A stretch of 64,000 nt of DNA, from NCBI RefSeq assembly GCF_039654945.1, contig NW_027361918.1, positions 6,138,001-6,202,000 of the forward strand, in the 5' to 3' direction. The notes under the pieces were generated by a model. It ran no database searches. It saw nothing but the letters and a program-made list of their open reading frames with translations, and was not told where the DNA came from. Made by a program: the position numbers and the translations under genes. This stretch comes from Dendrobates tinctorius (taxonomy: Eukaryota). Positions 12,570 through 25,110 of this stretch are shown here, in pieces (within the stretch, counting starts at the first letter, position 1; the number at the start of each line of letters is the position of its first letter).

Positions 12570-15500
12570 AGTCTCCATTTTCCCTGATTTTTCCCTGGAG
12601 GTGCAGCGTAAAAGGGCGCAATTTATTGAGATTAAAAAACGCCTACGTGACTTACAGGTGACATATTCCATGATGTACCCTGCTAGACTGCGGATTGATG
12701 TGAATGGAGAAATGCACTTTTTTGATACGGCGGGAATGGCGCTGTCCTGGCTGGATATTAATGAGAGGTCCATGAGGAGGAAGAATACTTGAAGTTCTCC
12801 CTTTTTTCGCCACCAGGTGTTGTTACTCCTTTTTGTCTAGGACGCTATGCTGGTATAATTACTACTGTTCATTCCATTTCGGATTCAGGGCGGGAGCTGA
12901 CCGGATTGCTGTGGACACTCGTTACAGTGACAAGCTGTGGACCCTTCTCCCTGCGTGGACTCTGGGCGAGTTTTCTAGCCCTGATTCTCTCTATTTGAGA
13001 GAAATGTGCAAGTTACACTTGTGTTTGGGGGTAGGGGCGCTGTGCACTGGTGTGCAGTGCTCCCTCTCCCTCCTTTGTTTTTTTCGTTTGTTGTTGTATT
13101 TCCTAATTGTTCTGTGGGATGTGATGTGCGTCAGCCGTGTCACCCAATTCATTGTACCGGGGGATGGTGGGGATTGCCTCTCTCCCTCGGGAGTGGAGTA
13201 TGCTCCGATTTCTCATTTTTTGGTCTGCTCTTATGGCGATATCACTTAATATTGTAGCGTGGAATGTTAGGGGGCTCGGGGATGCAAATAAGAGATGTGC
13301 TATATTTACTAATATGCAGAAGTTTCTCCCGGCTATCCTGTGTATGTCTGAGACCCACATGGTGAAAGATAATATTCATTGGCTAAGGAAGGGATGGGTT
13401 TCACATGAATATCATTCCACGTACTCGACCCATGCGCGGGGTGTCAGTGTGCTGGTGCACAGGTCCATCCCCTTCTCATGTACTAAATCAGTGGTTGACC
13501 CTGGGGGCAGATTTGTATGTTTGCTTTGCACGTTATACGGTATACAATTTATTTTGGTTGCCATGTACATCCCCCCGCCCAATTCAGTCGAACCAGTAAA
13601 AAGAATCTTGTCTATTTTGGGTTCCTTTCCCCCTGCGCCGACTCTTCTAATAGGAGATTTTAATACATATTTGCATCCCTATTTGGATAAGTTGCATTCG
13701 GGAAACATATCAGAAGATGCAGCCTCAACCTCATTTGCTAGAACGTTAGTGGAGCTGGGTATGGTAGATCTTTGGCGTGTCCGAAACCCCACAGCCAGAC
13801 AGTTTTCCTGCTACTCTAGCTCCCACCACGCTATGTCACGGATAGACCTGGCCATTGGGAATACACTCATGACCCCATATGTACGAGGGGTGGCCTACCT
13901 GCCTAGAAGTGTATCTGATCACTCGCCGCTACATGTCACACTTTCATGGGGACACCCCCTCACCCTATCTAGACCTATCTGGAAGCTTAATCCCTTCTGG
14001 ATCCAGCTTATAGGGGGATCTTTGCATGATGCCATTCTAGAATATTTTCAACTTAATGAGTACTCTGCATCATCACACATAGTCTGGGATTCCATGAAAG
14101 CCTATGTCAGGGTCTTATATATTAGAGAAATATGCACACGGAAAAGCCAAAATAGACGCTACACCCAGAGTCTGATCCAGGAGGTGTCCGTTGCGGAGGC
14201 TGCGGTGATACTCAACCCGACAGAGGAAACTAAAAAAGCTTTGGAGAAGGCACAGGGGTCGCTCAGGGAAAACCTCATGTCGGCGGCAGCAAATAAACGT
14301 TATTTCCTCAAACAAAAAATATTTTATAGAGGGGGAGTAGGACATTTATTAGCCACGGTCATTAGAGCACAGGACGGATCTTCATATATCAATAGGCTAA
14401 AAACGGACTCGGGTGGTCTTGTGACGGACAGTGCGGACATAGTGAGTGAGATAAGGAGGTATTATATGCGACTATACACATCAGATTGCAGTCTCACGGA
14501 GACTGAGATTGAGCAGTACCTGGATGCTCTCTCTCCCTGCATTGGCTGATAGCGATAGGGATTCATTGGATCGGGACATCCTGTTGGAGGAGGCGCTTGG
14601 TCAGATGCAAAATGAAAAGGCTCCGGGAACGGACGGCCTGCCTGGCGAGTTTTACAAAACCTATGCACCCTTACTGCTACCTAAGCTACTTAAGGTATTT
14701 GAAGAGGCTGAAAGGCAGAGGGTCCTCCCGCCATCTATGAGGGAAGCTTTGATAGTTTTAATATTAAAGCCCGGAAAGGATCCAGAGGTTCCGGATTCAT
14801 ATCGCCCGATTTCCCTACTATCAACAGATGTTAAATTATTGGCCAAGGTACTCGCCAATAGGATGTCCCGAGTTATCTCATCTGTTATACAGAAGGATCA
14901 GACGGGATTTATCCCAGGCAGAGCCACATCTATGAACCTTAGGAAACTATACTTGGGGATTCAACATAGTTCTGGGGAGTTGGGGGGAAGAGCAATTTTG
15001 TCCTTAGACGCCGCTAAGGCGTTCGATAGTCTGGAGTGGGGTTTTTTGTGGGCGGTACTTCGGAAAATGGGCTTTGGACACAGATTTATAAATTGGGTGA
15101 GGCTGTTGTATGGCTCGCCGGTGGCGAAGGTTGGGGCTAATGGCAGGGTCTCTGAGTCTTTTCCTCTTGGGAGAGGTACTAGACAGGGGTGCCCGCTCTC
15201 GCCCTTGCCATTTGCTACTGCGGTGGAGCCATTGGCAGTTGCAATTCGGAAGTCCATAGAAATAATCGGATTCAGGTGTGGAACTGTGGAGTTGAAGATA
15301 TCATTGTACGCGGATGATTTACTTCTATATTTAGATAAGGTACATTCCTCGATTTTGCCGGCAATGGAGGTCATTCGAGAATTTGGGCTGAGGTCTGGTC
15401 TTCGGATTAATTGGTCCAAATCAGCTTTAATGCCTATAGACCCTCTCCCGGCGGATTTCTCAGATTTGCAGATACCGGTCCCTGTAGTTCGGAAGTTTAA

Positions 15501-17439
15501 GTATCTGGGTATAATTGTTAGTCCTGCCCCGAAGGATTTTCGGGCTCTGAATCTGGAGCCCCTGTTGCAGCGATTTTGAGCAAAAGTACATACTTGGTGT
15601 CGCCTGCCGTTGTTGAATATTGGTAGATCTAACTTAATCAAAATGGTAATGATGCCACAATTATTATATTTGATACATAATTCTCCGGTGTGGATCTGTA
15701 GGGACTTTTTTGCAAAAATAAATACATTATTCCGGGAATTAATTTGGAAGAAAAAACAGGCTAGGATTCGCTTGGAGATACTGCAGCGGGGGAAGGAGGA
15801 GGGAGGATTGGCGGTGCCAAACCCATTCATATACTTTATAGCCTCCCAGATGCAACATCTTAAGGGTTGGGGTAGAGACGGGGCGTGTGACAATGGTGGT
15901 GATATTGTGAGGGAAGGATCGGTATGGAAATATCCAGGGTGCCGGTTGGAGGTGGGAAGACGGCAGATAAATGGGGCACGATACCCCACGTTGGCTATGA
16001 TTTTCAGGGTGTGGGATAGGGGTAAGTCTCTTTTGAAGATAAATGGGCCTACGGAATTGTGGCCATTGTGGCGAAATCCGGATTTGCAAGAGATCAAAAA
16101 GCTGGTGGGGTTCGGAAGATGGGAAGATAAAGGGATTTATCTGGTGTCACAAATTTTGCAAAATAATACTCTTAAGAGTTTTGAACAATTGAGAACAGAA
16201 TTTCACCTCCCGCACGTCTTCTTTTATCAGTACTTACAGCTAAGACATGCATTGGAAAAACAGAGAAGGACAAATCCGGTGATAGTGACACATAATCAAA
16301 CACTACATATGCTGCTTACATCTGAGTCTTCTAGGGGACTTAGAATTATATAAAAGATTATTGCCTGCCCATCTGGAGACATATCCACTGACTGCTGCTA
16401 AGAATAAGTGGGAACGGGACGTTGGCCCCCTGACGGAGGACCAGTGGTCCGATATTCTAGAACAGGTCCCCAAAATGGCGGTTTCTGAGTGCCAGCGGCT
16501 TTCGCAAATATATCTCATTCACAGGGTATATAAAACACCGAGCTTATTATTTAAAATGGGACTTAGGCCCAATACACAATGTGTTAGGTGTGGGCAGGAT
16601 GATGCCCACTTGATGCATGTTATGTGGGAGTGCGGGCACATTGGGGATTTCTGGAGGCAGACCCTGGGACTCATAGCCCAGGTATACCATATCACAATAC
16701 GACCGTCATCTCGTCTATGTTTGTTGAATTTGTGGGAGGAGGGGGTTGACCCGGACTCTGCAGTGGCCCTGGGAATAGCACGTATCCTATATCAGGCAAG
16801 AAAGATACTGGCATATCATTGGTTGGATCCTATGCCGCCAACATTGTCAGAGCTTAAAAATAAACTAAATAATGTCATCAGATTGGAAAGGGGGGCTTAT
16901 TTAAAGAGAAATGCAATAAGCAAGTTTTACAAAATTTGGCAGCCATGGATGGAGTCACCGGGTCTCCCCTCGGGCGCACTGGTACAGGATGCGTTGATGG
17001 ACCAGTTGCTGTTGTGCTTGCGATGAGGGGATGCTTGGGGGGTGAAAATAAAGTCTAGTGCCCTTTGTGGCGAAGTAGATATTGAGTGGCGCGGTGGGAG
17101 GGGGCTGGGGTGGATTGGACCTGATATCCGTGGGGGGCGGGGGGGCGAAATATGATGCGGAGTGGCGCGGCTGGCGGGGATGGTTTTCCCGCTGAAATGA
17201 GGCACTGATGTATAATTTTGATTTTTGTTTATTTGTGGAGCCATGTTGTTTATAGGCTCCATTTTATGCAAATATCTGTGTTTTGAGATTTCTTCTTTTT
17301 ATTTATTCTTACACAGGAAGAGTTTTACCCTTTAAATAATATCTGCTCTCAATGTAATTTTTTACTAGCTATATAAGATGTCATATTCTTTCTGTATTGA
17401 TTCCTGAATGTTTAATAAAAAAGATCTGATTCAAAAAAA
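12570..17439 (+). mobile_element. 5'-truncated L1-clade LINE inserted antisense in the DIRS recombinase
   Basis: ORF1 C-terminus (SIFPDFS..YSMMYPARLRI, stop at 12792), ORF2, AATAAA at 17414 and a poly(A) tail. 17-bp TSD aaatatttaagtaagca at 12553-12569 and 17440-17456. Confidence 0.95.
13233..17026 (+). pseudogene. L1 ORF2 (APE endonuclease, reverse transcriptase, CCHC knuckle), disrupted
   Basis: WNVRGL, GDFN, SRID, SDH; KAPGTDG, YRPISLL, GTRQGCPLSP, YADD; CVRC..H..WEC. Frameshift near 14520, in-frame TGA at 15577-15579, frameshift near 16350. Confidence 0.93.
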
Positions 17440-17521
17440 AAATATTTAAGTAAGCATCTCCTAATATCTAATGCCTGAAGTTTTTGCTCCTTAGGGTTGG
17501 TCGGATTAGGGAGGAAGGAAG

Positions 17522-17979
17522 TGTGATAAAACGCTCCGGGATCGCCTTTGCTGGGGTCAAAGGTCACGTGCGTTCAGCATGAAACTCAGGCGCAGAGCTG
17601 GGATTCGGGTGTAACTGACCCTGGGTCAGGTTTATTAACGGTGAAAGCAATGCAAAAGGAAATAAAACATAAAACAAATCCTGGCCTGTCCGGCACTAAC
17701 TAAACAATGGACAACCTAGCTACCAACTGGCGGGCTTCTCCCGTCCAGCCAAACCACAGTTGCAGTGGGCACTGCTTCCACTCACGTGTGTCTCTCACAC
17801 AGACAGGCTCTCTGTGTTCCCAGGCTGAGACACTCACACAACCACCTGGCATCCTTTTATATCCACCTCCCATTATCCATTAGTAAGCAGGTGCGATACT
17901 GACCAGACTAGGCCACATAGGAGAGGAATCTGGGCGAGATATACCTGCCCTCATCCACTATTCCCACATGATTCTCACA
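17522..17979 (-). mobile_element. Solo LTR (458 bp) inserted in the DIRS recombinase
   Basis: TGTGA...TCACA termini; 4-bp TSD GAAG at 17518-17521 and 17980-17983. Removing it restores the YR frame IVLPSFLPNP. TATA and AATAAA motifs lie on the minus strand. Confidence 0.88.
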
Positions 17980-18982
17980 GAAGGCAGAACTATCTCTTGT
18001 GTCCTGTGAAATTGTGATGCTACCTTGGGAAGGTATGCTGGATCTGGCCTTAGGATTACTCTATCCTGTAAGAACTCTGTGTAAGGGGGCAATCTGGAAA
18101 GTGCCTGTATGTCGCTCACTCTACGTGCGGATGTTATCGCTACTAGAAATGCTGCCTTAAGAGATATAACCTTTAATGAGGCAGAATCCAAAGGTTCAAA
18201 CGGACTCTCTGTCATGGCTGTAAGGACAAGTTTAAGTCCCAAGGCACACATCTGTCTTTGTGTATGGGTCTCGATCTAGCCGCCGCTTTGATGAACCTTG
18301 CTACCCAATAGTTATTGGTAATATCATATGCAAACAAGGCTCCTAAGGCTGAAACCTGTACTTTTAATGTACTTGTGGAGAGACCCAATTCGAGACCCCT
18401 CTGGAGAAACTCCAGAATATGTTTCGTGGGAATTCCGTCTCTGACATCAAACTGAAAGGTGGACAGGAATCGCTTCCAGGTCCTAGCATAGATGTTAGTG
18501 GTAGTCAGTTTTCTGCTTTTTAGGAGGGTATCAATTAAATTCTTGGAGAACCCTCTATCCTTTAATAGTGTCCTCTCAAACACCACGCCGTCAAATGGAG
18601 TCCCGCTACTTGCGGGTGGCTGACTGGCCCCTGGTAGAGGAGATCCGGAAGGTTTGGCAGTACCCAGGGATCGCATACCGACATGGTCCTCAACCATGCG
18701 AACCAGGTCCTCCTGGGCCAAAAGGGGGCAATTAATATGACTCTTGCCCGATCTTCCCTGATCTTCCTCACTACCAGAGGTAGAAGATTTAATGGTGGGA
18801 AGGCGTATGCCAGAGAAAAGTTCCATCTTATCAGGAGGGCATCCACTGCCAGTGGATCTTCCCTGGGATTCAGAGAGCAGAACGATTTTTCTTTTCTGTT
18901 TTCTCTGGTGGCAAAGAGGTCTACCTCTGGCTGGCCCCATCTGCTGACAATCTGGTGGTAAATATCCCTGTTCAAAGCCCAT
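17980..18982 (-). pseudogene. DIRS tyrosine recombinase, N-terminal part (frameshifted)
   Basis: TTNIYARTWKRF, STLKVQVSAL, PWDLNL, KAAFLVAITSARRVSDIQAL. Confidence 0.88.
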
Positions 18983-20379
18983 TCTCCTTGCTTTAGAGCC
19001 TTGCGGCTTAGAAAGTCTGCCTTCACGTTGTCTTTTCCTTTGATGTGGAGAGCTGTTAAAGATAGAAAACTTTCCTCTGCTATCTGAAGGAGACGTTCTG
19101 TTATCCGCATCAGGGCGTCGGAGCGGGTTCCACCTTGGTGGTTGACATATGCTACCGCTACCTGGTTGTCCGAGAGTATCCTCACGTGATGGCCCTGTAG
19201 GTACATAATGAGTTTTTTGACTGCCCGCTCTATCGCCAATAGCTCTCTCTGGTTGGATGAGATCTCAGCATCAGAATCCCAATGTCCCTGTACCACTATG
19301 TTCCCCATATGGGCCCCCCAACCGAAGGGACTAGCGTCTGTGGTTATAATACGGGTTATCTGCGTTACCCAGGGCACCCCTGAGGCTAGGTTCTTGTCAT
19401 CGAGCCACCATCTAAGCGACGTAACAGCTGAGGGGCTTAGCAACACTCGACCCTGTAAGGAGCTTCCCAAGGCCCTGCTATTAACCAGGACGTCCTTCTG
19501 AAGGGCTTTAGTATGGAATTGTGCCCACCTGACTGCTGGGATGCATGAGGTTAGAGAGCCTAACAGGGACATGGCCTGTCTAAGGGTCATAGGATTATCA
19601 ATCGCCCGTAGAACCTGCTGCTGTATCTTTTGCAATTTATCCAATGGTAATAGACACTGCTGAGTTTCTGAATTTAATAGTAAGCCTAGAAACTTCTGTA
19701 TCTTTAAGGGCTGGAGTCGGGATTTTTCGTAGTTTAATATCCACCCAAGGTTTTCTAACCTTGATTTAGCTCTTTCTATCTGGGATATACAATGGCCCAC
19801 TGATTTCCCCACAATCAAAAAATCATCTAAATATGGAACAATTAAGATGTCCACTTCCCGTAAATGAGCCATAACCTCGGCCACTATTTTTGTAAATACC
19901 CGGGGCGCTGCTGAGAGACCAAAGGGAAGGGCTCTATACTGATAATGACAGACTGTGCCGTCTACTGAAACTGCCACTCTCAGGAACTGCTGGAAGTCTG
20001 CATGGATAGGTACATGATAGTACGCATCTTTCAAATCTATGACTGCCATAAAACACCCTTTAAACAATATTTTTATTGTTGTATTGATGGACTCCATCTT
20101 AAAAGTACGATTAACCAAAAACTTATTAAGGAAACGTAGATTAATAATCGTCCTAAATGTTTTATCAGGTTTTTGGATTTGGAATAAGGGAGAGTAGAAC
20201 CCTCTTCCTCTCTCAGAATCTGGAACCTCTATCAGGACGTTTTTCTGGCATAGGCTCAAGACCTCCGCTTCTAAAGCTGCTTGTTCGAGGGGTGAAGATC
20301 TTAAAGGAGTTGCTTTAAAGGTATCCCGCGGGACCTGGGTAAACTCCAATCTAAGCCCGGTGGATATTACCTTGCGCAC
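18562..20379 (-). CDS. DIRS reverse transcriptase/RNase H/methyltransferase-like ORF (605 aa open)
   Basis: GFYSPLF, DLKDAYYHVPI, LPFGLSAAPRVFTK, YLDD, TTDASPFGWGA, SDN, VDLFA, YAFPP. Confidence 0.9.
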   Translation of the reverse strand: MRKVISTGLRLEFTQVPRDTFKATPLRSSPLEQAALEAEVLSLCQKNVLIEVPDSERGRGFYSPLFQIQKPDKTFRTIINLRFLNKFLVNRTFKMESINTTIKILFKGCFMAVIDLKDAYYHVPIHADFQQFLRVAVSVDGTVCHYQYRALPFGLSAAPRVFTKIVAEVMAHLREVDILIVPYLDDFLIVGKSVGHCISQIERAKSRLENLGWILNYEKSRLQPLKIQKFLGLLLNSETQQCLLPLDKLQKIQQQVLRAIDNPMTLRQAMSLLGSLTSCIPAVRWAQFHTKALQKDVLVNSRALGSSLQGRVLLSPSAVTSLRWWLDDKNLASGVPWVTQITRIITTDASPFGWGAHMGNIVVQGHWDSDAEISSNQRELLAIERAVKKLIMYLQGHHVRILSDNQVAVAYVNHQGGTRSDALMRITERLLQIAEESFLSLTALHIKGKDNVKADFLSRKALKQGEWALNRDIYHQIVSRWGQPEVDLFATRENRKEKSFCSLNPREDPLAVDALLIRWNFSLAYAFPPLNLLPLVVRKIREDRARVILIAPFWPRRTWFAWLRTMSVCDPWVLPNLPDLLYQGPVSHPQVAGLHLTAWCLRGHY

Positions 20380-20451
20380 CCAGTCACTATTTGTAATCTG
20401 TAACCATGCCGGGAGGAAGGATGACAGTCTACCCCCCAGGGGAATTACTAG

Positions 20452-21093
20452 TCATTGATTCTGTCTCTTTTGATCTCTCGACGAGCGTCTGAACATGTAG
20501 CCCGTACCTCTTCTCCTTCTATCTTCCCATCTGGGACGGTCTCTAATAGGCGAAGAATTGCGCCTTCTCCCCTGACCGAATCTCCTTCTACCAAATGGAC
20601 GTCGGTAGGACGCGGACCAGAGATTTGGGAATTTTTTCTTGTCGTCCCCAGCTTTCTCAAGCAGTTCGTCCAGGGCTGCGCCGAACAAATATTCACCCTC
20701 ACACGGAATAGCACAGAGCTTCGCCCTGGACTGAATGTCCCCCTGCCAGCACTTCAGCCACAGGGCTCTACGAGCCGCATTAGAAAGACCTGCTGCCCTG
20801 GCGGCCATTCTTACTGCATCCGCTGAGGCATCTGCTAAGAATGCTGCTCCCTCTTGGATTGTTGGTAGGGCCCCAAGAATTGTTTGCCTCGATGTACCGT
20901 TTTAATTGTAACTCCAACTGGTCCAACCAGACCATCATAGACCTGGCCGTGCATGTTGATGCCACTGCTGGTCTTAAGGACCCGGCAGCCATTTCCCAGG
21001 TATTCTTAAGGAAGGTATCTGCCCTCCTGTCTAGGGGATCTTTAAGGGATCCCATGTCCTCAAAGGGTAGCAAGGATCTTTTCGATGCCTTCG
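20452..21093 (-). pseudogene. DIRS gag-like ORF1, 3' half only, frameshifted
   Basis: LPFEDMGSLKDPLDRRAD, AARRALWLKCW, PCEGEYLFGAALD; abuts the terminal repeat directly. Confidence 0.8.
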
Positions 21094-21699
21094 CAACTGA
21101 TGCGTGGGGAGAGGTGCCGCCCTTTTGTATCTGTAGGTTTCCTGTTCCTAAAGGGCGGATCCCCTCTCTCCCGTGGTGCTGTCATGGGAGTCCGAATAAA
21201 AGTTATTGACTAAATAACCAAAGCACCCAACCAGAGCTGCCTGTTGCATCAGCTTGGTTTGTGAATGACATGCCTCACAAACAATTCCCCTCGCAGCTTG
21301 CCCCCTCCCTCGCTCTGCGAGATACTACCGTATCCCTTCCCCCCCTTTTCTTCAACACATGGTCATTTTATGACCCTGATTAGTTAAATCCAGTTTTGTC
21401 TCCAGCCACATGGTCCTTTGTCTATTAAAACTCAAATATAATAACTTCCAATACTCCTAGAGACAGGAAACATTTTCTGAATCGGCATAATTTAAGCTAT
21501 TCACAGTAGCGTTTTGTGACTTCTGGGGTCACCAGAAACTGAGAAAAGGGTTTCTGCCTCCCAGCACCGCACAGGCTGATCTTGTTCGGTATCAAATGTA
21601 AGATAATTTCGGAAGCGGAAAGATGATACCCCTGTCGTCACTCTGCGAGAGTTATGCAAGCCCAAGTTTCTAATAACTCTTCCAAAAGGGGCATGCATT

Positions 21700-22324
21700 A
21701 TCTAATGGTGAGGTCAGCAAGAGACGAGCATAAAGCTGGGATGCCCGAGTAGGAGGCGGGACTGGCCACAGAGGGCCGAGTTTTCTGCGGGAAATAACGT
21801 GAAGTGGGAGCCATTGGTGGACCCATGGAAAGTGCTGATGCCACCCCTGCACATCAAGTTAGGTCTGATAAAACAGTTTGTCACAGCTCTTGACAAAGAA
21901 TCGGCAGCCTTCAAGTACCTACAAGATCTCTTTCCTGTCTGAGGCAAAGGTAAAAGCTGATATCTTCATCAGACCACAAATCAAGCAGATTCTAGAGAAC
22001 GAAGAATTCGTAAAGAAGCCGACTAGAAAAGAGAAAGCACTTGGAGCAGCTTTGCTGCAGTGGTGCATGGTTTCCTGGGCAATCACAAGGATGAGAGATA
22101 CGTGCAACTGGTTCAGACTCTGATAAAGAACTTTGGAAAAATAGGCTGTAGGATGCCTCTAAAAGTACATAACTTGGCTGCTCATCTTGACAAATTCAAG
22201 GAAAACATGGGGGCTTACTCAGTCTATAATTCTATAAGTCTATAATTAGTTTTTCTGACTGTTTAGGCATGAGTAACGGGAATATAGCACTTAAAAGCTT
22301 AAGACAAAAATGCGTTACATAGTG
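21700..22324 (+). mobile_element. Second, internally deleted Chapaev3-like element fragment
   Basis: EPLVDPWKVLMPPLHIKLGLIKQFVTAL, HGFLGNHK, GCRMPLKVHNLAAHLDKFKENMGAYS; possible terminus ...gttacatagtg. Confidence 0.75.
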
Positions 22325-22361
22325 ATAAATCTTCGTATAATGTCCTCTAAACCCCTATATG

Positions 22362-22461
22362 CAGTGCCTTGAGAAAGTATTCGGCCCCCTGGAACTTTTC
22401 AACCTTTTCCCACATATCAGGCTTCAAACATAAAGATACCAAATGTAAATTGTTGGTGAAG
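22362..22461 (+). mobile_element. Tc1 terminal-repeat fragment
   Basis: cagtgccttgagaaagtattcggcccc..., a typical CAGTG Tc1 end, truncated after about 100 bp. Confidence 0.7.
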
Positions 22462-22809
22462 ATCAGAAGATCTGAAGATTACTTGATAAAGATCTTCTGA
22501 TCTAAACTCGTTGCCTCTTGCCATGTCATGATATTTGACCACATGAGAACTTGCCACCATGTATGCATTTTAATGAAGATTTAATAAAGTCATTGATTTT
22601 ACGGAGCTGGAACCCTTCTCTTTCCTTTGGATTCTTCCGGTGTCTACACGGCTGTTCCGAGCACCACGTGGCGTTTTCTGGTGAGCTGGCTACATTTCTA
22701 TTTCTTTTAGAGAAATATTTTACCTCACAAAATGTATCCTCTGCGATATCGTGCTGTAATGTCAGTATTGTCTTTTGCTTCCTCCCCTGCCCAGGAGCTG
22801 TGGTATGCT

Positions 22810-23109
22810 CTATACACGGTCAGACACAGGGGTGAGAGAGACAGAGCACAAGGGGGAGACAGCTCAAACGGGACAGCACATGAGGGGAGAACACAGCACA
22901 GGAAGGAGAGAGACAGCAGACAAGGGGGATAGCACATGGGGTAGACAGGTCAAAGAAGAGAGCGCAGACGGGAGAAGTCAGCACATGGGGAAAGAGAGAG
23001 TGGATAGGTGGGTGAGCACATGGGAGCAGAGATTCTCAATGCTGCAAAGCCTGCCCCACATTGTGACATTACCGCCCTTACGATGCGATAGCATCGGGTC
23101 TCTATCTAG
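22810..23109 (+). mobile_element. Helitron-like 3' end
   Basis: Hairpin cgatgc-gata-gcatcg (23081-23096), followed 9 nt later by CTAG|T (23106-23109), preceded by a degenerate GA-rich repeat. Confidence 0.55.
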
Positions 23110-24999
23110 TAAGAAACATAAAAATCAGCCATTGAATATTAAATAGTTTTCAAAAACGCAAATTTTGCATACCTGTGTGAGGAGCCGGCCGCGGACTAAA
23201 GACTATTGACCAATGGATGTAGAGTGGAGCCCATGGCTCTAAGGGATGTGGACTTTTTCCAGCACCGGTTATGTCAGTCTTATTGTGTTTTATTACAGGT
23301 TTGCTTGCCCGTCAGTTTAAGGTGCTCAAAGCTCTCTTGGAAAGTGTTCAGCCTCAGGAATCCATGTTTCCATTCAGTGACAGTACGCAGAGGAAGACAT
23401 GTGGGCTCGTTCGTATGCATATTATAAGGAAACACACACGAGACTGATAATCAGGTAAAGAAATTATTCCATTCCTCTCATCAGTGTCTCAGGGGCCTCA
23501 ATTAAGTCATTGTGCTCCCGGTCACTAGTCCCCTTGTGTGGATGGGGACAGTAGACCCAGTGGAGCAGTCACCACAGGGGGGTCTCACATGCAGACACAG
23601 GTGATGGGGCTCTGCCTGAGGAAAATACCTCCACCAATGCAGTTAGCTTGGAGTGGGGGGGGGGTGTTTGCCAAGGGCCAGGCTCAATTCCAGGGGGTCA
23701 GCTTGGGGTGTTTAGGACACTGTCGAGGAAATATGGGTGTTGCTGGCTGAAGCTGGTTAATGTGCTACGGTCGTAGCCATCATCTGGAAGAGTATGGAGT
23801 TTAACTAGAGACTATACTGGCAGGAGATATGAAATCTGTGGGCCAACCAAAAGTTGGGAGACAGCGGGTATCGCCTGGTACGGGGGCAGTGGAGCTACCA
23901 GTCCCAGGTTGGGAACTTGTGGACTGCGGGCAATCTATTTTGACCACCTACCTGGGGTTGCTGTAAGACTATGGATGTAAGGAATAGCAAATAATTGTAT
24001 TGTTAACCTGTCCAGGTGATTATTACAGCAAACAACCTCAGGTCCAAAAACTGCACATTATAAGTAAACTTTAATGTTAATCTACCACTGCTATAGCCAA
24101 CATGACAACTTCCAGGCAGGAACTGGTTGAAGGAGTTTTTTTTTTTTGGGGGGAAGGGTGGGATATGGGGTGACGTCCTGCCCCATTGCGGTTACCTACA
24201 TGTTGACCTGGAGCACAGAAGAGGAGAAATATAGTATGAACCCTGGTTACATCAGCCAGACCCTCTGCAGTGATGCACCCCTCACTGGGTTGGTCAACTG
24301 ATTAGCAGCTAAAAAAAAAAAATCATCATTCCTTTTAGGGTCTCTAATAGACCCTAAAAAGAAAACATCCAGTACTACACAGGGATAAGTACACAGTTAC
24401 TAGTTGGGAAGCCCTGCTGTGGATTACAGTCACTAGTGGGGACCAGATTAGGTGAATGGCAATATTTAGGGTCAGTGTTTGATTGGATCACAGTTCCGGG
24501 GGTCTACAGGGGGCAGAATGACTATTGTGGAGGCAACATTGCCTTGGGTCACTGCTACAAGTAAGGCACAATCGACATGTGAGAAAATCTTAATCTAGAG
24601 ACAACTTATATAATAAATCTTTATCTGCAGATGATACAGTGTTCAGTCACTGCTGCAGAGGATAAGAGCCATGTTGTGCACAGTAGAGACCAGTGCCAGG
24701 CAGCTGCTGCCAAGGCCCAGGGTATCACAGGAGGCCTGGCTGGTCTGGAGGTCCACAATGAGGTCTGAGCTGTGCTGACAGCATGGTGCAGCCCAGAGGA
24801 TGGAGACTGAGGATGCTGCAGACTAGTGTCCCCTGACTCACTCATGATTACGGTTTATTTTGGCGGTGATGTCACCCTCTTCTCTTTCATGTTTCTCTAT
24901 GACCTGTCCTGCAGTGACTGGAGTGGCCCCTTGTCACCGGGATGACTGCCCATAAATGTCACCTCCCCCTACGTTTTCAGGTGATGAATTGATGACTGC

Positions 25000-25075
25000 G
25001 ATAAGCACGTCCTGTCACTGACCAGCGCAGCGGTATATAAGCCAGGAGGAGACGCCAGAGGACACCACTCATCCA
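25000..25075 (+). promoter_or_regulatory. TATA promoter of the small plus-strand gene
   Basis: GATAAG at 25000, TATATAA at 25034-25040, initiator-like ccactcatcc about 30 nt downstream, Kozak ATG at 25111. Confidence 0.65.
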
Positions 25076-25110
25076 GCCAGCAGCATCCGAGCCCTGACCT
25101 GCACCACAAC

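Larger units (their letters stand above)
11794..21201 (-). mobile_element. DIRS1-type tyrosine-recombinase retrotransposon with ITRs and ICR; internally deleted and twice interrupted
   Basis: Inverted terminal repeats at ~11828-11930 and ~21094-21201. Internal complementary region at 12097-12177 joins copies of both termini. Contains gag remnants, an RT/RNaseH/methyltransferase ORF and YR motifs. No TSD, as expected for DIRS. Confidence 0.93.

Noticed and set aside
12204-12792. Overlapping antisense ORFs (189 aa minus, 108 aa plus)
   Set aside because: Both are junction artefacts of L1 ORF1 inserted into the DIRS recombinase.
14961-16097. 378-aa ORF antisense to L1 RT
   Set aside because: Shadow ORF with no recognisable motifs.
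22500-22720. Possible Penelope-like retroelement tail
   Set aside because: Only an AATAAA and vague resemblance; no coding remnant to support it.
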